The notes under the pieces: model-generated
The model's input: only the letters and a program-made list of their open reading frames with translations
The model's database searches: none
Told to the model about the DNA's origin: nothing
Shown here: positions 1-10,397 of the stretch, one piece after another
Layout: the number at the start of each line of letters is the position of its first letter
Numbering within the stretch: position 1 is the stretch's first letter
Assembly: GCA_963771465.1 (NCBI GenBank)
Contig: CAVYTU010000017.1
Coordinates: forward strand, 512,001 to 576,000
Length of the DNA stretch: 64,000 bases
Source of the DNA: an uncultured delta proteobacterium
GTDB lineage: Bacteria; Desulfobacterota; Binatia; UBA9968
Direction: 5' to 3'
Position numbers and translations under genes: made by a program

Positions 1-17
1 TCCATCACTCAATCACC

Positions 18-575
18 TCACGACCTGAACCAGTAACGGATTTTTTTCCTTATTCCCCGACCCAAGCGCCGTTTGATCTCAAACCAGATACGCAAACACC
101 AATTGCGCCAGAACCAGGCGAACGACGTTGAAGTCGTGATCCACTGGTGGTTGAACTCGAACTTGACTTTTATCTTTCGCAGCTGAAGCGTCTTGCCGAA
201 CTTGCGTTTGAAGATCGCCTTGACACTCACCGCATTGCGCTCTTCGACGAATACCGTGATGGTTTCCACCGGCAGAAGCGTGCGGATGCGGGCAATCTTT
301 TGCGCTAGACCGATTTCGTTATTGGCGCTGACCTCGATTAGATTGGTCAAAAGCTCGGGCTCCTGAAGCGTTTTCTCGGCCATTTCTCGGCGCAGCTTGA
401 TTTCCTGTCCGGTATCGACGTCGTAGCCAGCCAAGACCAAATAGGTCTTATGCTTGGTGGTTTGCATCGATTTGTGCCACCAGTCCAACGCGCGTTCCAG
501 ACAGATGCGCGAGGCTTGCGAGAGCCGTTCAGAACTGAGCACGCCGTAGGGCATGGCGACGATGACGATTGAAAT
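18..575 (-). CDS. Hypothetical protein, weak YdcF/DUF218-like character; probable ATT start at 575 (ORF-track ATG at 554)
   Basis: ORF 18..554; in-frame upstream ISIVIVA follows an AAGGAG RBS; RLERAL-like and LVLAG segments recall YdcF proteins. Confidence 0.5.
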   Translation of the reverse strand: MSIVIVAMPYGVLSSERLSQASRICLERALDWWHKSMQTTKHKTYLVLAGYDVDTGQEIKLRREMAEKTLQEPELLTNLIEVSANNEIGLAQKIARIRTLLPVETITVFVEERNAVSVKAIFKRKFGKTLQLRKIKVKFEFNHQWITTSTSFAWFWRNWCLRIWFEIKRRLGRGIRKKIRYWFRS

Positions 576-612
576 GACAGTCTCCTTTTGGATTGGGCGA
601 CGTCGTCAATGA

Positions 613-1236
613 TTACGGCTCGTAGATCATGACGTCGACCGGCTTGCCACCGACGGCAAGATCGGGACAGGCGCTCAGTGCGACCAGCAAATCCATCTCG
701 GCGCGCAGATCCATGTAGTTGCCTTCCGGCGGGCGCACTTGAGTGTGTTCCATCTTGCCGGTGACGCCGTCGATGATCATGTGCTGATTCAAATTAAACG
801 GGCTGGGAATGTCTTCGGGTATAATTCCATAGGACGCCACGGCTTTGGACAGATTTTCGTAGCAGCCGTGATCGGGGATCTCTTTTATCTCGCGCGGATA
901 GTATTCGGCCAAGCGGTTTTCCTGCTGCGCCAGCTTGAAACGGTAGCCGCTGCACATGCCTTTTTGCAAGTCGTGAGTGCCGGTTTTATTGCCGTCGTAA
1001 GTGATCGTCATCATGTGTTGGTTGTTGCGCCCCATCAGCTTGTCACCGGTACTGATGAAAAGTTTCATGTTGTAAACCTTGGTGCGCGGCTGGTCGAACC
1101 GTTCGATCAGCTTTGCCAGTTTGAAAAAGACAAAATCGACGGTGGTCGTCGCGCTGATGCGGATTATTTGTCCCTGTTTCATTTCCGCCGACCAACCGGT
1201 GTTGTGCGGCACATGGGCTTGAAGGATCGTCTTCAT
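613..1236 (-). CDS. Urea carboxylase-associated family protein (DUF1989)
   Basis: Motifs THDLQKGMC, HGCYENL, PSPFNL and LRAEMDLLVALSACP typical of DUF1989. Confidence 0.85.
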   Translation of the reverse strand: MKTILQAHVPHNTGWSAEMKQGQIIRISATTTVDFVFFKLAKLIERFDQPRTKVYNMKLFISTGDKLMGRNNQHMMTITYDGNKTGTHDLQKGMCSGYRFKLAQQENRLAEYYPREIKEIPDHGCYENLSKAVASYGIIPEDIPSPFNLNQHMIIDGVTGKMEHTQVRPPEGNYMDLRAEMDLLVALSACPDLAVGGKPVDVMIYEP

Positions 1237-1528
1237 TTTATCGGTCTTTCCTTTGCGATCGCGGTCAAACGATCAGTGAACTCCGGTTCGATGTTGGTTT
1301 CTTAAAGAGGCCAACATAGCCGTAATGAAGTTCATTCTCGTGTAACAACGCGAGATTATTAGCAAACGGGTCCGCATAATCAAATTCTCTAGCACGTCTC
1401 TAAGGTAGTTCGTCTGAGCTGTCAAGCAATTTGGGCTGTGACAAATTTCGGCCCAATTAATGTCAGGTGGGGCGATGTGGAGTGAAATTCGCGGCAAGCC
1501 TGAATATCCCGTTAAAAAACTCGTCCAA

Positions 1529-1554
1529 GTAAACCTTTCGTATCTCTCGCCGTC
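1529..1554 (+). promoter_or_regulatory. Possible ECF-sigma promoter (GTAAAC-N16-CGTC) upstream of the secreted repeat protein
   Basis: AAC and CGTC boxes with 16-nt spacing about 46 nt upstream of ATG 1601; AAGGAG RBS follows. Confidence 0.3.
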
Positions 1555-1600
1555 CAATCGTAGCAAGGCGCCCGATTAACTAACAACACAAAGGAGACTG

Positions 1601-2017
1601 ATGAGAATGAAAAAGGCGATTGGGATTGGACTTAGCATTTTGGCTCTCGGCAGCGCGGTGCCGGTGATGGCGGAACCCTACGGTTATTTCGACAGACTCG
1701 GTGATCGTATCGATGCCAGGTTGGATGCGCGCGGCGATCGCATCAACGATCGACTTGACGTGCGTGGCGACCGGATCAACGACCGGTTAGATGCCTTGTC
1801 CGCCAAGGCGCGCGCGGAAGGAAAGACCAAGCTCGCCGACCGTCTTGACCGCAGAGGCGATCTCATCGAAGCGCGCCTGGACAAGCGCGGTGACCGCATC
1901 GAGCGGCACCTGGACAATCGCGGCGATCGCATTGAGCGCCGCTTGGATCATCGCGGCGATCGGATCGATCGTCGATTGGATCGTATTGGCCATCAGTATT
2001 ATCGACGCGGCCGTTAA
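1601..2017 (+). CDS. Secreted protein with 11-aa GDRIxxRLDxR repeats
   Basis: Sec-type signal peptide (MKKAIGIGLSILALGSAVPVMA), 7 repeat units, strong RBS, terminator downstream. Confidence 0.8.
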   Translation: MRMKKAIGIGLSILALGSAVPVMAEPYGYFDRLGDRIDARLDARGDRINDRLDVRGDRINDRLDALSAKARAEGKTKLADRLDRRGDLIEARLDKRGDRIERHLDNRGDRIERRLDHRGDRIDRRLDRIGHQYYRRGR

Positions 2018-2035
2018 TTCTTTATGACGACAAAT

Positions 2036-2075
2036 GAGAAGGCCCCGGTGTAATAGCCGGGGCTTTTTCATTTTA
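2036..2075 (+). terminator. Rho-independent terminator, possibly bidirectional
   Basis: GCCCCGG/CCGGGGC stem followed by TTTTTCATTTT. Confidence 0.8.
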
Positions 2076-2192
2076 TCCTGCTCGTCATTTGCGCAAGCGG
2101 TTGATGGCGCTTGGATTTCGCTTGTCAAATAATGATGATGCCCGGTTTTAGCCGTCATGACGATTTGAGTTACACTGTCTGTGTCGCTCGAC

Positions 2193-3455
2193 TCAAAAAT
2201 ATTCTTTAAATCCTGTTACCATGATGTTTGCCAAGCCTTCATTATAACTTTCCACATGGCCGTAGTGAGTCAGCTTGGGCACGATAATTAAACGTAAAGC
2301 GTCGGCGTAGGGCTTGAACTTGTTAAAGGCATAAACCTCGCGACGATAGGCCAAACCTTTTTTGCCGCCTTCTATCCAGTGACCTTTGTCGTTCTCGCCG
2401 ACGATGTGCAAAAGTTTCTTGCCGCGCAGGCGGCTTAGATCGGACTTGTACGTGATGAACAATTCGTCATCGGTGAGGCCGGAGACTTTTTTGATTTCCG
2501 GGATCAGCACATCGTGGGCGCTGTGCTCGATATCTTGCAAATAAGGTTTGAACTGCGGCCGGCGATGATTCTCCAGGTCGAACCATTTTTCCACCGGGCC
2601 CCAGGGTTGATTCGGCCCGACGTAGCCGCTCTTGGCGTAGCCTTTCGGCGAGCGCCGGCTTAGATCTGTGAGATTACGAAATTGCGCGGCACGCTCTTCG
2701 GGCGACTTCTCGGCGCAGGCCAAGTCCCATTCCTTGCGCAGCCAGGCGGGCATGCCGGTGCCGAAACCGAGGCCGCCGATCAATCTATTTTTAAGACCGT
2801 ACTGTTCCATCAAGTAGAAATATTCGCCGCCGGTGGAGTGGCCCCACATGAAGATCGCCTGCGTTAAATTCTTTTCGACCAGCGCTTTGACCGCTTCCGT
2901 ACACATTCTAAAAGTGAATACCGCGAGGCGATTCTTGAGCTCCGTGTCGCTGGGGATTTGACCGATGATAAATTCCGGCCGCCGTTCCGGGATGGGTGCC
3001 CAAGCTTTGCGGCTGTAATGACCGGGAAGCGAAATCGCCAATACGGGAATACCCAGCGAGGCAATATGTTGGGCGATGCCGACGCGGGCGTTTTTGGGAT
3101 CGCGTTTGCTGAGATCCGGATATGCCTCGGGACCATCGGGGGTAAAAATAAACTCATATTCATTCACCGCGCCGCCATGGATCATCACTACAGCCATGTC
3201 AGGGATCGATACTCTGGCCGGTGTAAATAGCCGGCCGTGAATGTCCCACTGAAATAGCTCGCCGGGTGTTTCCGGATTCGGATAACGGTGAATCGACTCC
3301 TGGACTTCTTTCACAGTGAACGGCACGCGCGCGAAAGGATCGGAGAGAGTTTTGTAGTCGTCGAACGACATGTAGTAGATGAAATCGTCTTTCAAGCCGG
3401 CGCCGGTCTTAAGCGCCGCGACTAATTTGTCACTTGCGTCCTGGTTCATGGGCAC
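2193..3455 (-). CDS. Alpha/beta-fold hydrolase
   Basis: IHGG oxyanion motif, GHSTGG nucleophile elbow, GEND acid and C-terminal His (THYGH). Confidence 0.75.
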   Translation of the reverse strand: MPMNQDASDKLVAALKTGAGLKDDFIYYMSFDDYKTLSDPFARVPFTVKEVQESIHRYPNPETPGELFQWDIHGRLFTPARVSIPDMAVVMIHGGAVNEYEFIFTPDGPEAYPDLSKRDPKNARVGIAQHIASLGIPVLAISLPGHYSRKAWAPIPERRPEFIIGQIPSDTELKNRLAVFTFRMCTEAVKALVEKNLTQAIFMWGHSTGGEYFYLMEQYGLKNRLIGGLGFGTGMPAWLRKEWDLACAEKSPEERAAQFRNLTDLSRRSPKGYAKSGYVGPNQPWGPVEKWFDLENHRRPQFKPYLQDIEHSAHDVLIPEIKKVSGLTDDELFITYKSDLSRLRGKKLLHIVGENDKGHWIEGGKKGLAYRREVYAFNKFKPYADALRLIIVPKLTHYGHVESYNEGLANIMVTGFKEYF

Positions 3456-3577
3456 TCCTGATCGATCAAGTTATTCTCAATAAAGAGATATGTGGACACC
3501 GTTAACGAATGTCAACCGCTTGATGGCGCGATCAATTGCCGGTATGAAACGGACAATCCAAATCAGGAGGCGCGCCG

Positions 3578-4678
3578 ATGCCAGAAGCAGCTAACCGTCC
3601 GTCCTACGAGAAAGTCGAACGCAAGGTCGAAGTGATGGACACGCCCTACGATCAGTGGATCGCGTCCCAAGGCATCGATATCGTGCGCGGCTTTTTCGTC
3701 GAAGATCTTTATACCACGCCCCTCAAATGGTGGGATCGTATCGGCGGCTACGGCGTCTGCATCATGCTCGACGGCGCCGGCTACATGGACGACGCTTACG
3801 TCATCGGCATCCCGGCGGGGAAGAGTCTTAATCCGCAGCGTCATATTTACGAGGCGCTGGTCTACGTGCTCTCGGGCCGAGGCGCGACGACGGTGTGGCA
3901 GAACAACGGCGCCAAGCAGAGCTTCGAGTGGCAGACCGGCAGTCTCTTCGCGCTGCCGCTCAACGCTTGGTATCAGCACTTCAACGGCCAGGGCGATCAG
4001 GAAGCGCGGCTGTTGTCGGTGACGACGGCGCCGCTGATATTCAATTTGTTTCACTGTGCCGATTTCGTCGTCAACAATCACTATTCTTTCACCGATCGTT
4101 TCAAGGGCGAAGAGGGTTACTTCGCCGGCAGCGGTAAGCTTTACAGCGACCGCGTGGTCGAGACCAACTTCGTCGCCGACGTGATCAACATCGAGCCGGT
4201 GGAGTGGAGTGAACGGGGCAAGGGCAACGCGACGATTTTTTTTGAAATGTCGGAGAGCATGATGGGCTCCCATGTATCGCGCTTTCCCGTGGGGATTTAC
4301 AAGAAGGCGCATCGTCACGGACCGGGAGCGCATGTGTTCATTCTCACCGGTAAAGGCTATTCGCTGCTCTGGCCCGAAGGCAAGGAGATGACCCGCGTTG
4401 ACTGGAAGCCGGGATCGATCGTCGTGCCGCCGGAGGGCTGGTTTCATCAGCATTTCAATTCCGGCGCGGAACCGTCGCGTTATCTGGCGCTTAAGATTTT
4501 GAGTCGCAAGTTTAAATTGCAGCCCGGTAAGATTCAGTCCGACGTGCCTCTGGCGTATGGTGGTTGGCAGATTGAGTACGAGGACGAGGACCCGATTATT
4601 CGCAGGACTTTCGAAGCGGAATGCGCCAAGTCGGGCGCCGAAGTGCGGATGCCGGCGCTGGTGAAACCGGCCAATTGA
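3578..4678 (+). CDS. Bicupin protein (gentisate 1,2-dioxygenase-like cupin family)
   Basis: Two cupin motif sets: QRHIYE...WYQHFN and AHRHGP...WFHQHFN. Confidence 0.85.
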   Translation: MPEAANRPSYEKVERKVEVMDTPYDQWIASQGIDIVRGFFVEDLYTTPLKWWDRIGGYGVCIMLDGAGYMDDAYVIGIPAGKSLNPQRHIYEALVYVLSGRGATTVWQNNGAKQSFEWQTGSLFALPLNAWYQHFNGQGDQEARLLSVTTAPLIFNLFHCADFVVNNHYSFTDRFKGEEGYFAGSGKLYSDRVVETNFVADVINIEPVEWSERGKGNATIFFEMSESMMGSHVSRFPVGIYKKAHRHGPGAHVFILTGKGYSLLWPEGKEMTRVDWKPGSIVVPPEGWFHQHFNSGAEPSRYLALKILSRKFKLQPGKIQSDVPLAYGGWQIEYEDEDPIIRRTFEAECAKSGAEVRMPALVKPAN

Positions 4679-4703
4679 CAAGCGCGGGTAGCTTCTTAAT
4701 AAT
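4675..4703 (+). promoter_or_regulatory. Putative sigma70 promoter TTGACA-N17-AATAAT for the VOC gene
   Basis: Perfect -35 overlapping the cupin stop codon; 5/6 match at -10. Confidence 0.45.
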
Positions 4704-4732
4704 ACGAGTACGACTTTGTTAAGGAGACAACC

Positions 4733-5563
4733 ATGCTGAAACCGATCGGAATGACCGAAGGCCATTATGAATGCCGCTCCCTCGATGAGACGCTGCCGAT
4801 TTTTACCGAGTTGCTCGCCGCGGAAGTCGTGGAGCGAACCGAGAAACAGGCCGTGGTGAAACATCCCAACACCGCCTGGAAATTGGTGATTCACGAAGGC
4901 GGGCCGGATTCGAAAAACAAGCCGCACACCAATCACTACGGCTTCCGAGTGGCGAGCTCGAAGGAAATTCCTAGAGCCCACGAATATATTTCCGAACACA
5001 AAGCTCAATACAAGATTAAAAGTGTAACTCCGCCGCACGAAGCGCATTTTGCCTATTCGATCTATTTCAAAGAGCCCGGCGGTAACGATCTGGAGATTGA
5101 GTATTATAATCCGGCGGCGATAAAGCAGGGTCGCAGGATCGCTGCGCCGCATTGGACCACGCCGATTCCTGAAGAGAAATTTCCCGGCAGAGGTTACGTA
5201 CCGCAGGCCATGACCCATGGCACGCTTAACTGCGACGACAAAGAAGCCAGCGACAAATTTCTTGCCAACGTGCTCGGCCTCGAACTTATCGGCGGCGGGC
5301 GCATGTCGACCTATATCAGCGTGCCGAACATGGGGCCGTGGTACGTGGTGGTGCTACCGACGACGCACCGGGATTATCTGTCGGAGGCGAATCGTTTTAC
5401 CCTGAAGGTCGCTTGCCCCGAAGAAGTCGAAGACGCGCACAAGGATTTCTCGAAGAACGGCAAGCAGCTTGGCATCCAAGAGCTGCGCGAATTGGAAACC
5501 AACGGCCGCGCCCACTTTCTTTTGAGCGATATCAGCAAGAACTGGTGGGAAATAACTTCGTAA
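4733..5563 (+). CDS. Two-domain VOC (glyoxalase/extradiol dioxygenase) family protein
   Basis: NHYGFRV, SIYFKEPGGNDLEIEY and DISKNWWEI motifs; duplicated VOC modules. Confidence 0.8.
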   Translation: MLKPIGMTEGHYECRSLDETLPIFTELLAAEVVERTEKQAVVKHPNTAWKLVIHEGGPDSKNKPHTNHYGFRVASSKEIPRAHEYISEHKAQYKIKSVTPPHEAHFAYSIYFKEPGGNDLEIEYYNPAAIKQGRRIAAPHWTTPIPEEKFPGRGYVPQAMTHGTLNCDDKEASDKFLANVLGLELIGGGRMSTYISVPNMGPWYVVVLPTTHRDYLSEANRFTLKVACPEEVEDAHKDFSKNGKQLGIQELRELETNGRAHFLLSDISKNWWEITS

Positions 5564-5729
5564 ATTTCGATTGCGATAAAATTGCTGCAATCGCCGCTAA
5601 CGGGAAACTGTTAGCGGCGTTTCTCGTTTTGCCGGCAGTTGAACCATGGAAACGGGCGCGTCCTAGGTAGCCATCGCGTATACGCGTCAGCGCCGATTTG
5701 AAGTCACCGCTACTTGACCAGAAAATGTC

Positions 5730-6743
5730 CTATGGCTTCCACGCCTGTTTGATCAACTGTGTTTCGGCCTGGCGCGCAAAGCTGAAATCATAGGCGCGCT
5801 TGGGTGAGATAATTTCGTTTACGTCGGCGACTTGCGCAACGATGGCGAGATCGTTTTTCTGGCTTTGTTCGTCGACGTACCCCGACTTGGTAAACGTGCC
5901 GACCAGGTCATCGTACATGCGCGTCGACAGGGTACGGTCGAGCTCGCTGAACTTCGATATTGCCGCGATGGTGCTTTCGCGCTCCTGGCGCGCGACCCGG
6001 AGTCCTTTAACGACCGCGCGGACAAATCCGGCGAGTTGCTGGGGCTGCTCTTAGATGAAGCGCTCGGAAGTAGCGAAGGTGCCCCAGGAGTTTTTCACTT
6101 CTTTGCCGATGAAGAGCAGGTCCTTCATGCCTTGATCGAGCGCCGCGTAGCGTTCTTCAGGACTCACGATGGCGGCGTCGACGGCGCCGGACAAGAGCGA
6201 CGGCAAGCGGTTGACTGGTCCGGGATCGATCAACACGATGTCCTTTGGAATATTGTGCTTGCTCAGAATATTCCTAAACATGAATGCCGCGATCGACGCG
6301 ACGCCGGTGGTGGCGACTTTTTTACCGCTCAGATCGCGCAGGCTTTTGATATTCGGCCGGGCGACGATCCATTGTAGGACTTGATCGTTGAACGCCAGGA
6401 TGGTTTTCAATGGCGCGTTGCCTTTGGAAATCGCCACCAGCGCGCTACTGCCGGAACCGGAAAACTGCACCGCGTTGGCGATCAGTGCTTGCAGGCCGGC
6501 GGCGTTCTGCATGAAGACCAGCTTCAACTCCAAACCTTCTTCTTTCAAATAGCCGCGCTCTTGGGCGATGACCAAAGGAACATATTGAAACGCCTTTGAC
6601 GTCAGCGCCGCGGTGACGGTGTCGAGAGCAATGGCTACTTGCCTCGATGCTAGTAAAGAAATTAGAAGAACCGTCAGAGTGATACCCTTGAGCACGAATC
6701 CATTCCTCCGCTGGTCGGATTGGGCGTTGTCGATGATTTGCAT
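5730..6743 (-). pseudogene. ABC transporter substrate-binding protein (NMT1/SsuA-like) interrupted by an in-frame TAA at 6051-6053
   Basis: ORFs 6051..6743 and 5730..5918 share a frame; read-through gives ERFI*EQPQQLAGFVRAVVKG; nonsense mutation or base-call error (AAA to TAA). Confidence 0.75.
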
Positions 6744-6897
6744 GCTTGTTTATGGCTCCACCAGGATAGCTTCTCAAGAGGTTCAGCCCTCTTATAGGGA
6801 CTTGAAGAAGCCACGCTACTCTGAGGAATCTTTACGCAATTCTCAGCACGTCAAGAAATAACTTCAGCGCTTTCGATCGATATGGTATTCTAGCACC

Positions 6898-7524
6898 ATG
6901 ATGCAAATAATCATCGTGGCGATGGCACTCATGACTGGTGTGTGGGGCTGCGCGACGGCGAATATTAGCCGCGGCGCGACGCTGCTTTCGGGCGTGAATC
7001 AATATCATGGTGACATGCAGCGGGTTGGCAGCCAACTGGGCCGTTGGCCGGAGCGCCAGCACGCGGCGACCATGTTAAAGGGCGTCATAGCCAGCACCCT
7101 TGGATCGTCGTCGGAGTTTTATCGGTTGGTCGATCTCGACCTGCGCAAGCGCGAATTCGTGCTCACCATGCGGGAGACCAACGTGCGCCCCGATCGAGTG
7201 AATGAGATGAAACAAGAATTGGTGCAAATCGACGACGAGATCGCCGCGCTCAAGCCGGTGATCAAAACTCAGCTCAAGGCGGTGAAGATCGCCGATCAAC
7301 CGAGCGAGATCGAGAGCATTGCCACCCTTGGGCTGCTCGGCCTCGCAGTCGACGGATTTTCAGCCCCCGGCGGGCGCGGTTTGGATGCGCCGTCAACGAA
7401 AGTGGCGGAGCATGTCATTACCGACCTCGGCTCCTTCGCGACGGTGCGCTCACCGAGAGGACAAATGTATCGCTGTACGCTGTTCGGTCAGACCGAGGAC
7501 GGTGTTGGGATGCGCTGCGAATAA
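6898..7524 (+). CDS. Hypothetical lipoprotein
   Basis: Hydrophobic N-terminus with lipobox-like VWGC; coiled-coil-like middle region. Confidence 0.6.
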   Translation: MMQIIIVAMALMTGVWGCATANISRGATLLSGVNQYHGDMQRVGSQLGRWPERQHAATMLKGVIASTLGSSSEFYRLVDLDLRKREFVLTMRETNVRPDRVNEMKQELVQIDDEIAALKPVIKTQLKAVKIADQPSEIESIATLGLLGLAVDGFSAPGGRGLDAPSTKVAEHVITDLGSFATVRSPRGQMYRCTLFGQTEDGVGMRCE

Positions 7525-7809
7525 GTAAAGGTTTTTCTAGTTTTGAGTTCTAGTTGACGGTTGAGGCACATTGGGCGCATTTCGTCCGACACTAAATTCG
7601 GTCACCGAACGTTCATGGATCTTCTACCATTGCTCCGCAACCGCGCGGTGATTTCTTTAGCGCAGGTCTGTTCGCGGTTTGGACAAAATTTCTTCTCACG
7701 TCGTCGCCCATCGATGGGGTGAAGCGTCTGAGCCGGTTGTGCGGTGAAACGCCGATTGCCCGCCGGTCTGTCCTCGCCGCGTCGACGTCAACTAGAGCAA
7801 ACCATCATC

Positions 7810-8916
7810 TTATTCATTAACGGTTATCGTGCTGTCGACGTTGACTTCGTGGTTACGAAAATGGCCGCTTCCGACCGTCTGCCAGAGGGAGAAAAGCGAG
7901 GTTCGATGCTCAAAGATGTTCGACTTCTTGGCCTGCTCAAATCCTCGTTCTCGCATTTCCTCAGGAAATGGCTTTGTGATGATATCGTATGCCTCCGTCA
8001 CGGAATTAAACAAGAAGCCGGCATCGCCGACATACTCCCTTAAATCAGGACGTATATTGGCCATGCATACGCCGACGCCGGAAGCTTGGGCTTCGGCGAC
8101 CGACATCGGCCAGCCGACACTGCCGCGATCCATCCGCGCGGTATAGACAAGCCATCGGTGTTTCTTGTACTGCGCCGGCATATCTTCGAGTTCCACGGGC
8201 GGGATAAGGTTGACCGGTTTACCTTTTGCTTCATTCAGCTTGCGCAGCCTTTCTACGTCATAGGCCATCGCGTAGAGATTGAAGCTTTGCTTTGGTGCCA
8301 TCGCGCCTAGATCTATGAAGTCTTCCATGTGTTTTTTCGTGATCGCCGCACCGACATTCATGATTTCATCGCCGTTGGGCTCGGTGTTATGGAATAGGGG
8401 ATAGTTCACCACGGGATAGGAGTCGATAATTTTGTCGCCGCTGATACCCGCCTTTTCAAGCCTCACCCGGTTGAACGGAAAGGCTAGGATTCCCAAACAC
8501 ATATCGCTGCGAATGAAGCTGATCGCCTCGCGAACATGAGGCGGTAGCTGTCTTGCGCCGAAAAGTCTGTTCCAAGTGGACGGGCCTTCGGTATCGTCCC
8601 AGATGGCATCGAAGGAATGGGTCCTGACCGTGAAAGGTACGTTGGTTTGTTTCGCGAGTTTGCCGACCATGCGCGCGGAGTGGAGCCAATGGGTGTGCAG
8701 GACGTGAGGACGAAAATCTTCGATGGCTTCCCGAATAGACGCGAGATCATCGATGTAGCGAAAGGGAGGATGGTTCTTCGCCGCAAGCGAAGCCTTATGC
8801 GTGGCAACAACCAGGACATCACACTTTTCGCGCACGGCCTCGATTTCCGTTTTAATGTAGCTCTCGGAGATTTGGGGAAACTGCTTGACGATATAGACGA
8901 CGCGGAAAGGTAGCAT
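7810..8916 (-). CDS. Glycosyltransferase family 4 (GT-B)
   Basis: FPQISESYI N-terminus, HVLHTHW and GWPMSVAEAQASGV motifs. Confidence 0.85.
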   Translation of the reverse strand: MLPFRVVYIVKQFPQISESYIKTEIEAVREKCDVLVVATHKASLAAKNHPPFRYIDDLASIREAIEDFRPHVLHTHWLHSARMVGKLAKQTNVPFTVRTHSFDAIWDDTEGPSTWNRLFGARQLPPHVREAISFIRSDMCLGILAFPFNRVRLEKAGISGDKIIDSYPVVNYPLFHNTEPNGDEIMNVGAAITKKHMEDFIDLGAMAPKQSFNLYAMAYDVERLRKLNEAKGKPVNLIPPVELEDMPAQYKKHRWLVYTARMDRGSVGWPMSVAEAQASGVGVCMANIRPDLREYVGDAGFLFNSVTEAYDIITKPFPEEMRERGFEQAKKSNIFEHRTSLFSLWQTVGSGHFRNHEVNVDSTITVNE

Positions 8917-10034
8917 CAGTTTTCGTCTCGAAACGTGGTTGGAGTGGATGACTGAATATCAACATTGGCACGCGCTGAGCTAGTCGCTGCCGAGTCGCTC
9001 CCTGCGCGAAACTTGACGGCTGGCCAAAACCTATGGCGAAGCCGCCGTTCACCATGGGGTAAATTTTGGTTCGAGAGACACGGGCCAGTGATAACACGCT
9101 GCTTTTGCAAGTCCGGTATCGGAGTTTGAAAATTCCTGCGTTCTTGTAACATCACTCTCAGCATCGCTCGATAGCGAAAGCAACGTCCCTTCATACGATA
9201 TTTCTTATGTTCCGAGCCCGCGAGCCAGTAGTAGCAGAAGCTCGCAGCTGACCGGAGCAAGTTACTTAAGGCGTCAAACGGTGTGATATCTTTATAGAGT
9301 AGATTGCTTCGTCCTTCCGCCTCGTTGCGCCAGCGAAAATACTTGTCGGTCAGTCGGCTCCAGTCGACCTGGTGATAAACAACGGCCCGGGGTTCATAGC
9401 CGAGCCGGCCGCCGAGTCTTTTGACTCTATCGCCGAATTCGCTATCCATGGACGTTCCCGATGCGCCTGGACCGAGGCGCTCATCGAAGTATCCGGTCCT
9501 ATCGAAAAGCTCGCGTCTAACGGCTAGATTGGCTGCGTTAAGGCTTTTGATTTTCTCACCTTCGGCGAACGGTTTCATGAGATAATAAATGGTTCGATAT
9601 CGGCTCAACAGCCGCAAAAACTCCGTGTCCTCAGCAAACTCCGGCGGGATGTGAATCGATCCCTGTTGAACGTCGCATGGGAGCTGTGCGAAGAAGTTAT
9701 GCGTGACCGTCAACCATGAGGGCGCAACCACTACGTCGTCGTCCAGGAAGCCTAAAATGGCGCCGCGCGCGAGCGTGAGCCCTGTGTTCAGAGCCCGCGA
9801 TTTACCAGCAATAGGTTCGCGCACATGGCGCCATCGATCACCTTCCCGCTCGATATAGCCTTGAACCAGGGCTTCGACCTTCCCAGCCCTAGTCTCATCG
9901 GTCGCATTGTTGATAATCAAGATTTCGTGAGCTATCGAGTCGCGCTCGCTCATTTGCGATAAGCTTTGCAGCAAATGTGTGAGTCCTTCTATCCTTCCCT
10001 TGGTGGGAATCAATATACTGATAAAATGACTCAT
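8916..10034 (-). CDS. Glycosyltransferase family 2 (GT-A)
   Basis: ISILIPT, GKSRALNTG, FLDDD (DxD) and YFDERLG motifs; stop overlaps the GT4 start. Confidence 0.9.
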   Translation of the reverse strand: MSHFISILIPTKGRIEGLTHLLQSLSQMSERDSIAHEILIINNATDETRAGKVEALVQGYIEREGDRWRHVREPIAGKSRALNTGLTLARGAILGFLDDDVVVAPSWLTVTHNFFAQLPCDVQQGSIHIPPEFAEDTEFLRLLSRYRTIYYLMKPFAEGEKIKSLNAANLAVRRELFDRTGYFDERLGPGASGTSMDSEFGDRVKRLGGRLGYEPRAVVYHQVDWSRLTDKYFRWRNEAEGRSNLLYKDITPFDALSNLLRSAASFCYYWLAGSEHKKYRMKGRCFRYRAMLRVMLQERRNFQTPIPDLQKQRVITGPCLSNQNLPHGERRLRHRFWPAVKFRAGSDSAATSSARANVDIQSSTPTTFRDEN

Positions 10035-10397
10035 GACTTAAGAATTCACCAAATAATTTGTGCGAGGAGGATTCGGTGAATAATTCGACAAATGCTCAAC
10101 CCGCCTGTCGTTCCTACTCGCCGTCAGCTTTTTTATAGTTCGCGCCATCAAGGGTTGTCAAGTAATCCAATATGGCTAAGGTTTCCTAATTGAATCATGT
10201 GCCACGGCGCCGCTGCCGCAGCTGGCATAAAATCCTTGCCAGGCAACGCCTTAAATCGGCAGGCCAGCCTTCAAAAACAGCAACAAATTTCGGTAGATGA
10301 GTCAGACGGTGATGGCAAGTTTTCTTGTGCTACTCCTCGCCATTGAGCCTTAGGAGGAAAGCCCGGATCGCAAAGAAATTCCTAGGCTAGCGACGGG

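Noticed and set aside
1273-1566. 97-aa ORF in an AT-rich intergenic region
   Set aside because: No RBS or motifs, and it overlaps the divergent promoter region
3563-5218. 551-aa minus-strand ORF and other long antisense ORFs (e.g. 16662..17702, 53926..54699, 47964..48881)
   Set aside because: Shadow frames of well-supported genes in GC-rich DNA, with no recognisable motifs
6051-6053. Possible recoded stop in the SBP gene
   Set aside because: The codon is TAA, not TGA or TAG, and the context suggests Lys (AAA); treated as a mutation or error
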